Shown here piece by piece: positions 17,702 to 26,894 of a stretch of DNA of 64,000 bases. The position numbers and the translations under genes were made by a program. Every line of letters starts with the position of its first letter. Within the stretch, counting starts at the first letter, position 1. Origin of the DNA: a virus; the IMG/VR virus record IMGVR_UViG_3300045119_000157, positions 1 to 64,000 of that record; one strand, written 5' to 3'. The notes beneath the pieces were generated by a model. The model saw only the letters and a list, made by a program, of their open reading frames with translations. It did no database searches and was not told the origin of the DNA.

Positions 17702-18463
17702 ATGGAGACACCGATGAGTGATCAGACACCCGCCGAGATCGACGCCGAACTCGCCCGCCTCTGGCAGGACGAGCAGAAGGCCAAGGCGTACGCAGCGTCC
17801 TACCGGGGACATGCCACCAAGCTGAAGGACGCCAAGTACGCGGTCATGGCCGACGAGTACGACGCCAAGGCAGCGGACCTCCGCAGCCAAGCGGCACCGT
17901 TCGAGGCCGAGTTCCGCCGCCGCGGCGGCTGGCTCCGTTACTTCCTCGTGCAGAACGGGAACGGCCACGTCCACCGCGGCATGGACTGCTCGACCTGCTA
18001 CATGAGCACTCAGTTCTCGTGGCTGATCGAACTGGCCGACTGTGACGAGGCCGAGATGATCGTCGAGTTCGGCGAGAAGGCGTGCACGGTCTGCTTCCCC
18101 GACGCTCCGGCGAATCCGGCGTTCCACGCTCCCGGCCGACGCGACGCCGGAGCGATCGCAGCCCGCCAGGCCGAGAAGGCGGAGAAGGCGGCAGCGAAGG
18201 CAGCGAAGGCGCTCCCCGGCGGTCCGGTGGAGGGCAGCTACTCGACGGTGACCACGAAGGTCGCAGCCCGGAACGAACTCAGTAGCGCAGTCCAGTCGTA
18301 CGGTTTCTACGGTGCGTCGAGGGATTACGAGGGGATCGCCCGCCGGATGATCGAGGCGCTCGCCGGGACCGAGATCGACACGGCCACGGTGATCGAGCGG
18401 GCAGCGAAGAAGGCGCTGAAGGACGGCGGGACGCACGACATCCGGAAGGCGCTCGCAGCATGA
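17702..18463 (+). CDS. conserved actinophage hypothetical, metal-binding motif (METPM start)
   Basis: GHVHRGMDCSTC...ACTVCFPDAP. Confidence 0.7.
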   Translation: METPMSDQTPAEIDAELARLWQDEQKAKAYAASYRGHATKLKDAKYAVMADEYDAKAADLRSQAAPFEAEFRRRGGWLRYFLVQNGNGHVHRGMDCSTCYMSTQFSWLIELADCDEAEMIVEFGEKACTVCFPDAPANPAFHAPGRRDAGAIAARQAEKAEKAAAKAAKALPGGPVEGSYSTVTTKVAARNELSSAVQSYGFYGASRDYEGIARRMIEALAGTEIDTATVIERAAKKALKDGGTHDIRKALAA

Positions 18464-18639
18464 GCGCCGCTGACCGGCTCTCGGCGCTCCGTGCGGCGAT
18501 CCAGACGGCGGAGGACCGGGCGGAAGCGTGGGAGGCGAAGGGCGGACCGATCCGGCTCCGCAAGGCAGCCGCCGAACGCGAGCACGCCCGCCTGTGGCGG
18601 ATCGAGCTAGCAGCCGCCGAGGGCACGGAAGCCTCGTAG
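18460..18639 (+). CDS. small helical hypothetical protein
   Basis: ATGA-coupled 59-aa ORF, below the ORF-track cutoff. Confidence 0.5.
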   Translation: MSAADRLSALRAAIQTAEDRAEAWEAKGGPIRLRKAAAEREHARLWRIELAAAEGTEAS

Positions 18640-18672
18640 GGGCGCCTAGATCGCCGTGTAACGCCCTGCGGG

Positions 18673-18712
18673 CTGGCGTGCGGGTATCCGTCGGCGGGAA
18701 CCCGCACCCGGC
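18673..18712 (+). terminator. GC-rich hairpin closing the class I cassette
   Basis: GTGCGGGT...ACCCGCAC inverted repeat. Confidence 0.5.
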
Positions 18713-18724
18713 AAACATGGCGAT

Positions 18725-20767
18725 ATGAGAGTCAGCCGCCGTTCCGCCCTCCTCGCCGCTGTAGCCGTTCTCGCCGCGGCGGTCGCGGTCGGGTCGCTCA
18801 CGGAAGGCACCGCTGGTGCCACGCCCGCCTACGTGCAGGGCACCGCAGTCGAAGCCCGCACAGGGACGACCGCGTCCGTGTCCTTCGGCGCGCCGGTCAC
18901 ACCCGGCGATCTCGTCGTGGTCTACTCGACGTGGGACAACAGCGGCGCAGCGGCAGTGTCCGACTCGCAGCACGACACGTTCCCCGTCGCCGCCGCACAG
19001 CAGCCGTGGGCGCACGGCTCCGGGCAGGTCTGGTACACGATCGCTCACGGCGGCACGACCGCAGTGACGGCCACGTTCGCGACCCCGGTGACGCAGTTCG
19101 GTCTGGTGTACGTGATGGAGTACAGCGGCGTCGACCAGGCGGTCCCGTTCGACACGTCCCGGTCAGCGTCAGGCGGAGGCGCGGCGATGTCGTCCGGTGT
19201 CGCGACGACGACCGGCCCGGACCTCGTCGTCGGCGCTGGCGCATCCGACAACACCGTCACCGCGAAGGCGTCCAGCTACACGTCCCGGTCGCTGGCGTTC
19301 GGGAACATCATCGAGGACACCCGCCTCAACAACGCGGGGACGCCCGTCGCGACCGCGACGCAGAACGGGTCGTCATGGGTCATGCAGCTAGCCGCGTTCC
19401 ATGCCGCACCGGCAGGCACGACCACGAGCACAGCGACGACGCAACCGTCCACGACGTCCACGACGGCCACGACGCTGCCGACGACTACCACCACGCAGCC
19501 GGGCAGCTTCACGCCGGACTCCTGCGCGTTCACGACGTTCTGCGATGCGTTCCAGACACTGAACCCCGGCGGACGGAGCGGCGACCTCGACGAGACGAAG
19601 TGGTCGTTCTCCCGTGTCCAGCAGAACACGAACCCGACGCAGGGACTCGTCAACAACTACGCCCCTGTCAACGCCGACTTCTGCATCACGAAACAGGTCC
19701 GCCTCGCGGACAACGACAGCTTCATCTGCGGCGCCCAGTTCGGTGAATCGAATCACTGGATGGAGGCGATGAACGACAACGAGCAGTACGCCTCGCAGGG
19801 CGCACGGATCCTTCAGCCGTTCGACTTCGCCAACCGCACCGGGACCATCGACTTCAGCGTTGACGCCAAGAGCGAGGGGACGCACTCGTCGTGGCCTGAC
19901 ATCTTCATCGCCGCCGACCCGGTCCAGCAGCCGCACGAAGACTTCCCCGGCACGCACATCTACCCGCGTGAGGGCGTCCAGATCTCGCTCAACGCCGACT
20001 GGTGTCCCGGCCAGTACACCGGCAACAAGGCGACACAGACCTTCACGTCGAACGCCGTCCGAGACATCAACGTGTACGACAACTATCAGGAGAGCCAGTC
20101 GAACGATCACTCGTCGTCGTGCTTCTCGACGGCGCCGGACATGGCGAACCACTTCCAGATCCGCATCTCACAGACACGCGTCGAGGTGTGGGCCTCGAAC
20201 GACGACGGCTCGAACTTCTCGCTCCGGCTCGCCCGCAACGTCAACCTCGGGTTCACCCGCGGCTACGTGTCCTTCGAACACGCGCAGTACAACGCCGACA
20301 AGTTCAACGACATGAACCCGACGACGTACCACTGGCACGCCATCAGCTTCGACGGTCCCGTGCTTCCGCTGGATCGTGACTATCAGGTCCCCGACGCGCT
20401 GGTGCCACGCCCGGACGGGACAGTGAACCTCGGCTACCAGACGCCGACGCAGACGTTCTCGCTGCCGGGCGGTAACCCGTCGGGCGCGTCGAAGGCGTAC
20501 GTCACCGCGAACGTGTACTGGTACTCGTCGCCGCTCGCGCTCACCGTCACCGTGAACGGTCACGCGTACACGGCTCCCGCGCCTGATCCGAACACGAATC
20601 AGGATCCGTTCGGGGTCAGTCACCGTTACCAGTGGAGCTACATCCTGCTGCCCGTGAACCTGGCGGATCTGGCGGCGGGGACGAACACGGTGCAGATCGC
20701 GAACACGGGCTGCTCGGATCAGTGCCCGACGGTCGCGAACGTCGACTTGGAGGTCGTCCCCGGATAA
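18725..20767 (+). CDS. secreted multi-domain beta-rich protein with Thr-rich linker
   Basis: SRR plus hydrophobic signal peptide, N-terminal beta domain, TTTTT linker, lectin/glucanase-like C-terminal part. Confidence 0.7.
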   Translation: MRVSRRSALLAAVAVLAAAVAVGSLTEGTAGATPAYVQGTAVEARTGTTASVSFGAPVTPGDLVVVYSTWDNSGAAAVSDSQHDTFPVAAAQQPWAHGSGQVWYTIAHGGTTAVTATFATPVTQFGLVYVMEYSGVDQAVPFDTSRSASGGGAAMSSGVATTTGPDLVVGAGASDNTVTAKASSYTSRSLAFGNIIEDTRLNNAGTPVATATQNGSSWVMQLAAFHAAPAGTTTSTATTQPSTTSTTATTLPTTTTTQPGSFTPDSCAFTTFCDAFQTLNPGGRSGDLDETKWSFSRVQQNTNPTQGLVNNYAPVNADFCITKQVRLADNDSFICGAQFGESNHWMEAMNDNEQYASQGARILQPFDFANRTGTIDFSVDAKSEGTHSSWPDIFIAADPVQQPHEDFPGTHIYPREGVQISLNADWCPGQYTGNKATQTFTSNAVRDINVYDNYQESQSNDHSSSCFSTAPDMANHFQIRISQTRVEVWASNDDGSNFSLRLARNVNLGFTRGYVSFEHAQYNADKFNDMNPTTYHWHAISFDGPVLPLDRDYQVPDALVPRPDGTVNLGYQTPTQTFSLPGGNPSGASKAYVTANVYWYSSPLALTVTVNGHAYTAPAPDPNTNQDPFGVSHRYQWSYILLPVNLADLAAGTNTVQIANTGCSDQCPTVANVDLEVVPG

Positions 20768-20772
20768 GGGAC

Positions 20773-20807
20773 TGGACAACGGTGTGCACCGGGTGTACGT
20801 TGTGGGC
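20773..20807 (+). promoter_or_regulatory. class I promoter/operator copy 9
   Basis: TGGACA-N17-TACGTT-N6-ATG. Confidence 0.78.
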
Positions 20808-21095
20808 ATGGAGCGCACAGCCAACACCAGCAGCGGGAACTTCCCGCAGAAAGGGGACACCATGTCCTTCTCAGTGCAGGCCGCTTGCCCCATCTGCCGC
20901 GAGGCGGTCGTCGAGACGACCGATCCCGGCTTCCACGCCTGCCAGGTCGAAGTCCCGACCTGTCCCGGCTGCCGGTTCGAGTCCGGCATCACGTCGGCCA
21001 CTGTCCGCCGGACAGCGTTCATGGCGCTGATCGGCATGGCAGCGAAGCCGGAGACGGTGCTCATGCACCGTGACGGTCTGGTGGCGTTCGGATGA
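20808..21095 (+). CDS. Zn-ribbon hypothetical protein
   Basis: CPIC...CPGC; alternative start 20862 with AAAGGGG RBS. Confidence 0.55.
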   Translation: MERTANTSSGNFPQKGDTMSFSVQAACPICREAVVETTDPGFHACQVEVPTCPGCRFESGITSATVRRTAFMALIGMAAKPETVLMHRDGLVAFG

Positions 21096-21223
21096 GCGCC
21101 AAGTTCATCGTCGTGTGCGACGACTACCGCATCGAGTGCTCGACGTTGGAGCAGGCGGAACGGCGGCTCGCCGAGATCGAGCGCGCCGGTCACTGCCGCA
21201 ACGAGCATCAGATCAAGCCGGTC

Positions 21224-21247
21224 GGGTAGGCGGCTACCCTGCCCGGC
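21224..21247 (+). promoter_or_regulatory. class II element GGGTAG-GCGG-CTACCCT-N7-GTG
   Basis: Seen directly. Confidence 0.65.
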
Positions 21248-22987
21248 GTGATCCCGGTCCTGTGGACGACGTTCCATCCCGACGCGCCGTGCCGCGGCTA
21301 CTGGGATCAGGGTTGGCTTGAACGTGTCCTATCTGGCCGGGTGCGGCGCACACGCCACGAGTTCGAGTCGGTCGAGGTGCGTTCGCCTGCACACTGGCCG
21401 CATCCAGAGATCGGCGCTGTCGTGGTGCTCCCTGGCAGCTACAACGCTGACCGGATCGCTGAGGTCAACGCGTTCATCGACCGCCTGTCGTGGGCGGTCC
21501 TGTTCATCACTTCTGATGAGGAGTCGCTGTTCCCGGTCGAGCAGCTACGTCACCCGCGGCTCATCGTGTACGTCGAGCCGGACATGGAGCGCCTGTACGA
21601 CGACGGCGTCCGGTTCCTCGGGATGCAGTGCAAGGCCGACACGCATGACCTGCTCGCTGAACGGCAGCCGGAGATGGCGTACCGGAAGGTCGACGTGTTC
21701 TTCGCCGGGCAGGTGACGCACGCACGCCGGGAGCGGTGCGCTGACGCGGTGCTGGACGCACGCCGGTACGGGCTGTCCGTGGATCAGGTGTTCACCGAGT
21801 CGTTCACGGCGGGACTGCCACGCGAGGAGTACCTGACTGCGCTGGCGGGCGCACGGGTCGCGCCGTGCCCGTCCGGTCCCGCGATCGTGGACTCGTTCCG
21901 GCTGTGGGAAGCGTTAGAGGCCGGGTGCGTGCCGGTCGCTGACGCCCGGAGGGAAGGGTCGAAGGAGGGCTACTGGCAGCGTGCGTTCGGTGACCCGGCG
22001 TTCCCGATCCTCGATGACTGGTCAGAGTTCCCGCTGGTGGCGCGCCGGATCGTGGACAACTGGCCGTCGGACGCGAACCGGGTGCAGGCGTGGTGGCAGC
22101 GGTGGCAGCGTGACTTCACCGTCTCGTTGGACGACACGATCGACCGTCTGTCGGGTGTGGGCACGCCGGTCGCGCTGGCTGACCTGTTGACGGTGATGGT
22201 GCCGTCGTCACCGATCGAGTCGCACCCGTCGACTGCGGTGCTGGACGAAACGCTCGACTCAATCGAGGAGCGCCTGCCGGGTGTCGAGGTGATCGTCGGG
22301 TTCGACGGTGTCCGCCCGGAGCAGGCCAAGTTCGTAGGCGTGTACGGCGAGTACGTGAACCGTGCGCTCACCGGGTTCTCGTTCGGCCGCGGGAACGTGA
22401 CGCCGGTCGTGCTGCCGGAGTGGGGTCACCAGGCGAACGTGACGAGGGCGATGCTCGATCTGGTGCGGACGCCCGTGGTGCTGTTCGTAGAGCATGACTG
22501 CCCGTTACAGGGCGACATCCCGTTCGACGCGCTCACGGGCCTTGTGGCGGCCGGAGAAGCGAACGTGGTGCGCCTTCTGCACGAGGCGAACATTCTGGAA
22601 CCGCACCGGCATCTGATGCTCGACGACGAGCCACGCGACGTGGCCGGTGTCCCGCTGGTCGGGACGATCCAGTGGTCACAGCGCCCGCATCTGGCGTCGA
22701 CCGCGTACTACCGGCACATCTTGCACCGCTACTTCGGGCGTGAGAGCCGAACGATGATCGAGGACGTCATGCACGGTGTCGTCCAGCGGGCAGCGGAGGA
22801 CGGCGGCTGGGGAATGGACCGGATCTTCATTTACGCGCCGCCGGGTGACATGAAACGGTCGACGACGTCGGACGGGCGCGGGTCGGAACCGAAGTTCGAC
22901 ATGCTCGTCGCGTACGACGGGGATCAGCCGGAGTGGGCGCCACGGCCGACGGTCGAGACGGACGAGTACCGGCAGCCCGCGTCGTGA
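21248..22987 (+). CDS. two-domain glycosyltransferase (exostosin/GT47-like plus GT-A-like)
   Basis: FFAGQV, PCPSG...DSFRLWEALEAGCVPV; second half with VGFDG, LFVEHD, WSQRPH. Confidence 0.8.
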   Translation: MIPVLWTTFHPDAPCRGYWDQGWLERVLSGRVRRTRHEFESVEVRSPAHWPHPEIGAVVVLPGSYNADRIAEVNAFIDRLSWAVLFITSDEESLFPVEQLRHPRLIVYVEPDMERLYDDGVRFLGMQCKADTHDLLAERQPEMAYRKVDVFFAGQVTHARRERCADAVLDARRYGLSVDQVFTESFTAGLPREEYLTALAGARVAPCPSGPAIVDSFRLWEALEAGCVPVADARREGSKEGYWQRAFGDPAFPILDDWSEFPLVARRIVDNWPSDANRVQAWWQRWQRDFTVSLDDTIDRLSGVGTPVALADLLTVMVPSSPIESHPSTAVLDETLDSIEERLPGVEVIVGFDGVRPEQAKFVGVYGEYVNRALTGFSFGRGNVTPVVLPEWGHQANVTRAMLDLVRTPVVLFVEHDCPLQGDIPFDALTGLVAAGEANVVRLLHEANILEPHRHLMLDDEPRDVAGVPLVGTIQWSQRPHLASTAYYRHILHRYFGRESRTMIEDVMHGVVQRAAEDGGWGMDRIFIYAPPGDMKRSTTSDGRGSEPKFDMLVAYDGDQPEWAPRPTVETDEYRQPAS

Positions 22988-23005
22988 ACGTCCACCCGGC
23001 CTGAC

Positions 23006-23029
23006 AGGTAGCGGGCTACCCTCCCGGTC
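23006..23029 (+). promoter_or_regulatory. class II element AGGTAG-CGGG-CTACCCT-N7-GTG
   Basis: Seen directly. Confidence 0.65.
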
Positions 23030-23806
23030 GTGAACATCGCGGTCATCAACGAGTCAACCCTGCTCGAAGAAGCATCCGTCCAGTTGATTGTCGACGCGCT
23101 CCGTACGTCGCTGCGGGTGTTCTCGTACGACTGGGATCTGGTCATGCCGAACGTCGAGCACGGCCACCGCGGTCAGGAACAGATCGAACTCGCGGAACGG
23201 CATCCGTGCATCATCGTGCTCCTCGATGACGCTGATCAGGCTGGCGCGCTCGGGTATCACGCGACGACACCGGACGGGAAGCCGTACGCCGCAGTGTTCG
23301 TGCGTGACTCCGTCCATGACCTCGGGAACGTGTCCGCTGTGCCGTCCCCGGTGCCGGTGCAGATGGTCGCTGACTACGTCGTGCAGGTCGTCGACCACGA
23401 GGCGAAGGAAGCACTCCTCGACCCTGACGCGGCGGACTTCGTGGACGCTGGCGACGGTTCGCTGTGGGCGAAGGAGGCGTGCGACGCGGTCGAGTCGGAG
23501 GTGCTGTACGTGACCGCGTCGGCGACGGAGACACGATGCGTCGTGTCGGACTATGTGATGCCGTCGTTCTTCATGGTCGGGTCGCCGGGTCCGTATGACC
23601 GGGCGGGCGTGTTGAAGGCTCCGTTCACGTTGGCGCCGGGCGGGTACACGATCGTCGAGCAGGGCGGCACGGTGTCGCAACGGTTCGGTGACATGGCGGA
23701 CGGGTGGCGGCGCGCGAAGCATGAGGCAGCGTTCACAGCGGACCCGACGGCGACGGCGACGGCGTCTCGTACGGGCTGGCGGGTCGTGCGCGCAGCCATC
23801 CAGTGA
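23030..23806 (+). CDS. putative zincin-like metallopeptidase
   Basis: GALGYH, HEAKEALLDP, EACDAVE. Confidence 0.55.
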   Translation: MNIAVINESTLLEEASVQLIVDALRTSLRVFSYDWDLVMPNVEHGHRGQEQIELAERHPCIIVLLDDADQAGALGYHATTPDGKPYAAVFVRDSVHDLGNVSAVPSPVPVQMVADYVVQVVDHEAKEALLDPDAADFVDAGDGSLWAKEACDAVESEVLYVTASATETRCVVSDYVMPSFFMVGSPGPYDRAGVLKAPFTLAPGGYTIVEQGGTVSQRFGDMADGWRRAKHEAAFTADPTATATASRTGWRVVRAAIQ

Positions 23807-23997
23807 TCCGCTACTACGTCCGCTGCGCTACATGCGCCGTCGAGTACGAGTTGACGCGGGAGATCATCCACGGGCCGTTCCCGCTCGAAGATGGCGGTGT
23901 GTTACGTGAGGCCGTCTGCCCGCGGGACAAGACGATGATGTGGCGGCAGGTCGACTATCCCGACGTGGAACCTGAGATCCATCGGCGGGTCCAGTGA
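23803..23997 (+). CDS. small Cys protein
   Basis: CATC...CPRD. Confidence 0.5.
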   Translation: MIRYYVRCATCAVEYELTREIIHGPFPLEDGGVLREAVCPRDKTMMWRQVDYPDVEPEIHRRVQ

Positions 23998-24395
23998 CGG
24001 AGTGCAACGGCTGCGGGTCATGCTGCGACCCGGTCACGATCCCGTATACGAAACTCGACGCTGCGACGGACTACACGCTCGACGACCGGACGCGGCGCTG
24101 GGTGCTCGACGACCTGACACCCATGTCACGCCGTGACGTGCTGGACCGGGAGCCGTGGCTGCTCGACAAGTCGACCCGTCTCTCCGCCGCTGTCGACGGC
24201 GGCGACCTGTTCGTCCCGTACTTCTATTCGTGCCGCTGGTTCGATGAGACGGAGCGGCGGTGCACGAACTGGGATGACCGTCCGGCGCCGTGCCGGATGT
24301 ACCCGTGGCTTGACGAGCCGCAGCCGACGGCTGCGTTGCCGCCGACGTGTTCGTTCCGGGCGGACATCGGGCAGCCCGTCGAGATCCGTGCCTGA
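23994..24395 (+). CDS. YkgJ-family CxxCxxCC Zn/Fe-S cluster protein
   Basis: CNGCGSCC...C...RCTNWDDRPAPCRMYP. Confidence 0.8.
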   Translation: MTECNGCGSCCDPVTIPYTKLDAATDYTLDDRTRRWVLDDLTPMSRRDVLDREPWLLDKSTRLSAAVDGGDLFVPYFYSCRWFDETERRCTNWDDRPAPCRMYPWLDEPQPTAALPPTCSFRADIGQPVEIRA

Positions 24396-24504
24396 TCGTG
24401 ATCGTTCGGGTGTGGTGCCGGGTCCGTGAGCACAAGTGGGGTCCGTGGCAGTTTCTCACCTGCCGAGATCAGTACCGGGACTGTTCGCGTTGCGGGATGC
24501 GCGG

Positions 24505-25509
24505 ATGGAAACGGTGACCCGTCTCGGCGTTATCGCCAGAGCGGACGACGGCGGCCTTGGCCAACAGACTCGTGAGGTCGTAGAGCGGCTTGACGCGGAC
24601 GTGACGCTCGCTGTGCTCCTCGGGCCGAACGCCCGTGGTGTCGAGAACTTCGCCCGGTTCGCCGGACGGGAGACGGTCGTGAACCGTGGGCCACGGTTGG
24701 AGGACGACGTCCTCGACGCGGTCCTGTCGAAGTGCGACGTGCTGTACACGATCGAAGGACCGTACGCGCCGGACCTGTTCGAGCGGTGCTGCGCTGCTGG
24801 TGTGCGGCTCGTGATCCACGCGAACCCGGAACTGTGGCGCGGATGGGACTGCCACAAGCTGATCGTCCCGACCGACTGGCGTGTCCCGCACGACGCTGAA
24901 GTGTTCCCGTTCCCGGTCGACACCGTCCGGCTGCGCCCGTCAGCGCGGGCTGAGATCCCGACGTTCGTGCATGTGACCGGACCGGCGATGCTCGACCGTC
25001 AGGGCACACAGCTAGTCGAGGGAGCGTTCCGCCACATCCGCCACGAGTGCGAAGTCATCCTCCGCTGCGACGGCATCGACGACACGCACGGTGTCGGCAA
25101 CGTCCGGGTCCGCACGATGCCACGGACCCGCGACTACTGGGAAGCGATCCCCGACGGCTGCTGGGCGCTATTGCAGCCACGCCGGTACGGCGGACTTTCG
25201 CTGCCGATACAGGAGGCCGCGGCACGGGGACTGCCGACGATCTGCCTGGACCGGGAGCCGGAGTCGACGTTCTACGGTCTGGTGACGGTCCGCTGCCCGG
25301 TCACGGAGACGCAGCCGCATCACATGGCCGGAGGCACGATCGACGTCGCTGACTGCGACCCGGAGGTGTTGGCTGCGACGGTCGACGAGTTCATCGACCG
25401 GGAACGGGACCGGCCGCTGCTGTCGTACGCGCCGCATGAGCCGCGCTGGTGGGCGGAACGCCACTCATGGGACCGGCTCCTGCCCGTGTACGAGGCGCTC
25501 CTCCGATAG
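24505..25509 (+). CDS. GT-B (GT4-like) glycosyltransferase
   Basis: ADDGGLGQQT, LLQPRRYGGLSLPIQEAAARGLP, HSWDRL; start may instead be 24436. Confidence 0.8.
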   Translation: METVTRLGVIARADDGGLGQQTREVVERLDADVTLAVLLGPNARGVENFARFAGRETVVNRGPRLEDDVLDAVLSKCDVLYTIEGPYAPDLFERCCAAGVRLVIHANPELWRGWDCHKLIVPTDWRVPHDAEVFPFPVDTVRLRPSARAEIPTFVHVTGPAMLDRQGTQLVEGAFRHIRHECEVILRCDGIDDTHGVGNVRVRTMPRTRDYWEAIPDGCWALLQPRRYGGLSLPIQEAAARGLPTICLDREPESTFYGLVTVRCPVTETQPHHMAGGTIDVADCDPEVLAATVDEFIDRERDRPLLSYAPHEPRWWAERHSWDRLLPVYEALLR

Positions 25510-25513
25510 GGGC

Positions 25514-25548
25514 TGGACAGATGCGTACACCGGGTGTACGGTGTCTAC
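25514..25548 (+). promoter_or_regulatory. class I promoter/operator copy 10
   Basis: TGGACA-N17-TACGGT-N6-ATG. Confidence 0.8.
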
Positions 25549-25764
25549 ATGACCCGGAACCACACCCTCCACTTCGAGATCACGACCACCAGCGGCGAGA
25601 TCTTCACCGAGCAGTCCCGGAACAGCCTCGGCGGTCACTTCAACATGATGCGCCGCATCGCTGCCCGCTTCGGTGTGGACAGGGTGACGCCGGTCGATGA
25701 GTCCGGGCGCAACTGGAACGCCGGGAGCACGACCTTCACGATGGCCGAAGTCAACAAGCTGTAA
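25549..25764 (+). CDS. hypothetical protein
   Basis: ATG at the predicted +1, no SD. Confidence 0.6.
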   Translation: MTRNHTLHFEITTTSGEIFTEQSRNSLGGHFNMMRRIAARFGVDRVTPVDESGRNWNAGSTTFTMAEVNKL

Positions 25765-25781
25765 TCCACCACCTGAGAGAC

Positions 25782-26132
25782 ATGGAGAAGCCGATGAGCA
25801 CCATCTGGACGGCAGGCCCGCAGGAGGCCCGTCGCTGCACAGAGACAGTCCTGATGCAGTTCGGGATCTTCGGGCGCCGACCGCACACTGGCATCGGCGT
25901 CCTCGGCGCTCTCATGGAAAACGGCTGGACGTACCGACCCGTCGAGGTCGACGGCGCTGAGTACCGCGGCACTGTCCGACGGTTCTGCCGGGAGCACCCG
26001 ACCGGCCGCTACTACGTGGCGACATCGGGTCATGCGATGGCGGTCATCGACGGTGTCCTCGTCGACTCCGCAGAGCGCGGCCCGGACGGCCGTCGAGTGA
26101 TCGGCGCGTTCGAGGTTTACCCCGCCGCCTGA
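25782..26132 (+). CDS. conserved phage hypothetical (MEKPM start)
   Basis: TVRRFCREHPTGRYYVATSGHAMAVIDG. Confidence 0.65.
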   Translation: MEKPMSTIWTAGPQEARRCTETVLMQFGIFGRRPHTGIGVLGALMENGWTYRPVEVDGAEYRGTVRRFCREHPTGRYYVATSGHAMAVIDGVLVDSAERGPDGRRVIGAFEVYPAA

Positions 26133-26186
26133 CCACTCTCAGCGGTCCGCATAGTCGAGGCGCGTTGTCGGGTACAGTCCCCGGCG

Positions 26187-26540
26187 ATGCGCGATGAGGA
26201 CATCCACGTCCACGTTCACGTCCACGCGGACGACGAAGTGTTGCGTGTCCTCCGCACCCTCGAACAGCAAGGAACCGTCATCATGGCTGACCTGTCCCAA
26301 CTCACCTCCGACGTCACCGCGAACGGGTCGGTCGTCGACTCCGCCGTCACGCTCCTGAACAGCCTGGCGCAGCAGATCCGTGACCTGTCCACCGATCCCG
26401 CCGCGCTCGCTGACCTCGCCGCGTCGCTCGAAGGCCAGTCCGCTGACCTCGCCGCCGCGGTCCAGGCGAACACGCCCGCCGCGCCCGAGCCTGCCCCGGC
26501 ACCGGAACCCGCACCGGCACCCGAGGCTCCTCCCGCCTGA
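26187..26540 (+). CDS. helical phage hypothetical protein
   Basis: DLSQLTSDV...DSAVTLL...AAVQANTP, PAPEP tail. Confidence 0.65.
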   Translation: MRDEDIHVHVHVHADDEVLRVLRTLEQQGTVIMADLSQLTSDVTANGSVVDSAVTLLNSLAQQIRDLSTDPAALADLAASLEGQSADLAAAVQANTPAAPEPAPAPEPAPAPEAPPA

Positions 26541-26547
26541 ACCCCTG

Positions 26548-26588
26548 TCCGGGTCGCGGCTACTTCCCAGGGCGGTCGCGACCCGGAC
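26548..26588 (+). terminator. stem-loop
   Basis: TCCGGGTCGCG...CGCGACCCGGA. Confidence 0.6.
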
Positions 26589-26601
26589 TACCAACAAACA
26601 C

Positions 26602-26637
26602 TGGACAGCATCGGTGCACCGGGTGTACGTTGAGTAC
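26602..26637 (+). promoter_or_regulatory. class I promoter/operator copy 11
   Basis: TGGACA-N18-TACGTT-N6-ATG. Confidence 0.78.
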
Positions 26638-26880
26638 ATGGAAAAGCCGATGAGCACCTACGTCGAGGAGATCCCCGCCGCCGCCGTATGCGCCGGAGAC
26701 TGGATCAAGACCACGGGGCGCCCGTCACCGATGCTCGTGCTCGGCAACCTCCGCCAGCGGACCGCAGACGGTCGCCGTGGTCGCCGTGCTCGTCCGTGGG
26801 CAGCGACTGTCCAGACCGATGACGGTCCGATGGATCTCTACATCGGTGAGACGGTCATCCTCTGCCGCCCGCCTGCGTGA
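26638..26880 (+). CDS. hypothetical protein (MEKPM start)
   Basis: Follows the class I promoter. Confidence 0.6.
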   Translation: MEKPMSTYVEEIPAAAVCAGDWIKTTGRPSPMLVLGNLRQRTADGRRGRRARPWAATVQTDDGPMDLYIGETVILCRPPA

Positions 26881-26894
26881 ACTAGACAGACGTC

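Noticed and set aside
17363-19048. Long minus-strand ORFs (also 7120-8439, 27046-28686, 51551-53017)
   Set aside because: Antisense shadows of + strand genes in high-GC DNA, Arg-rich with no motifs.
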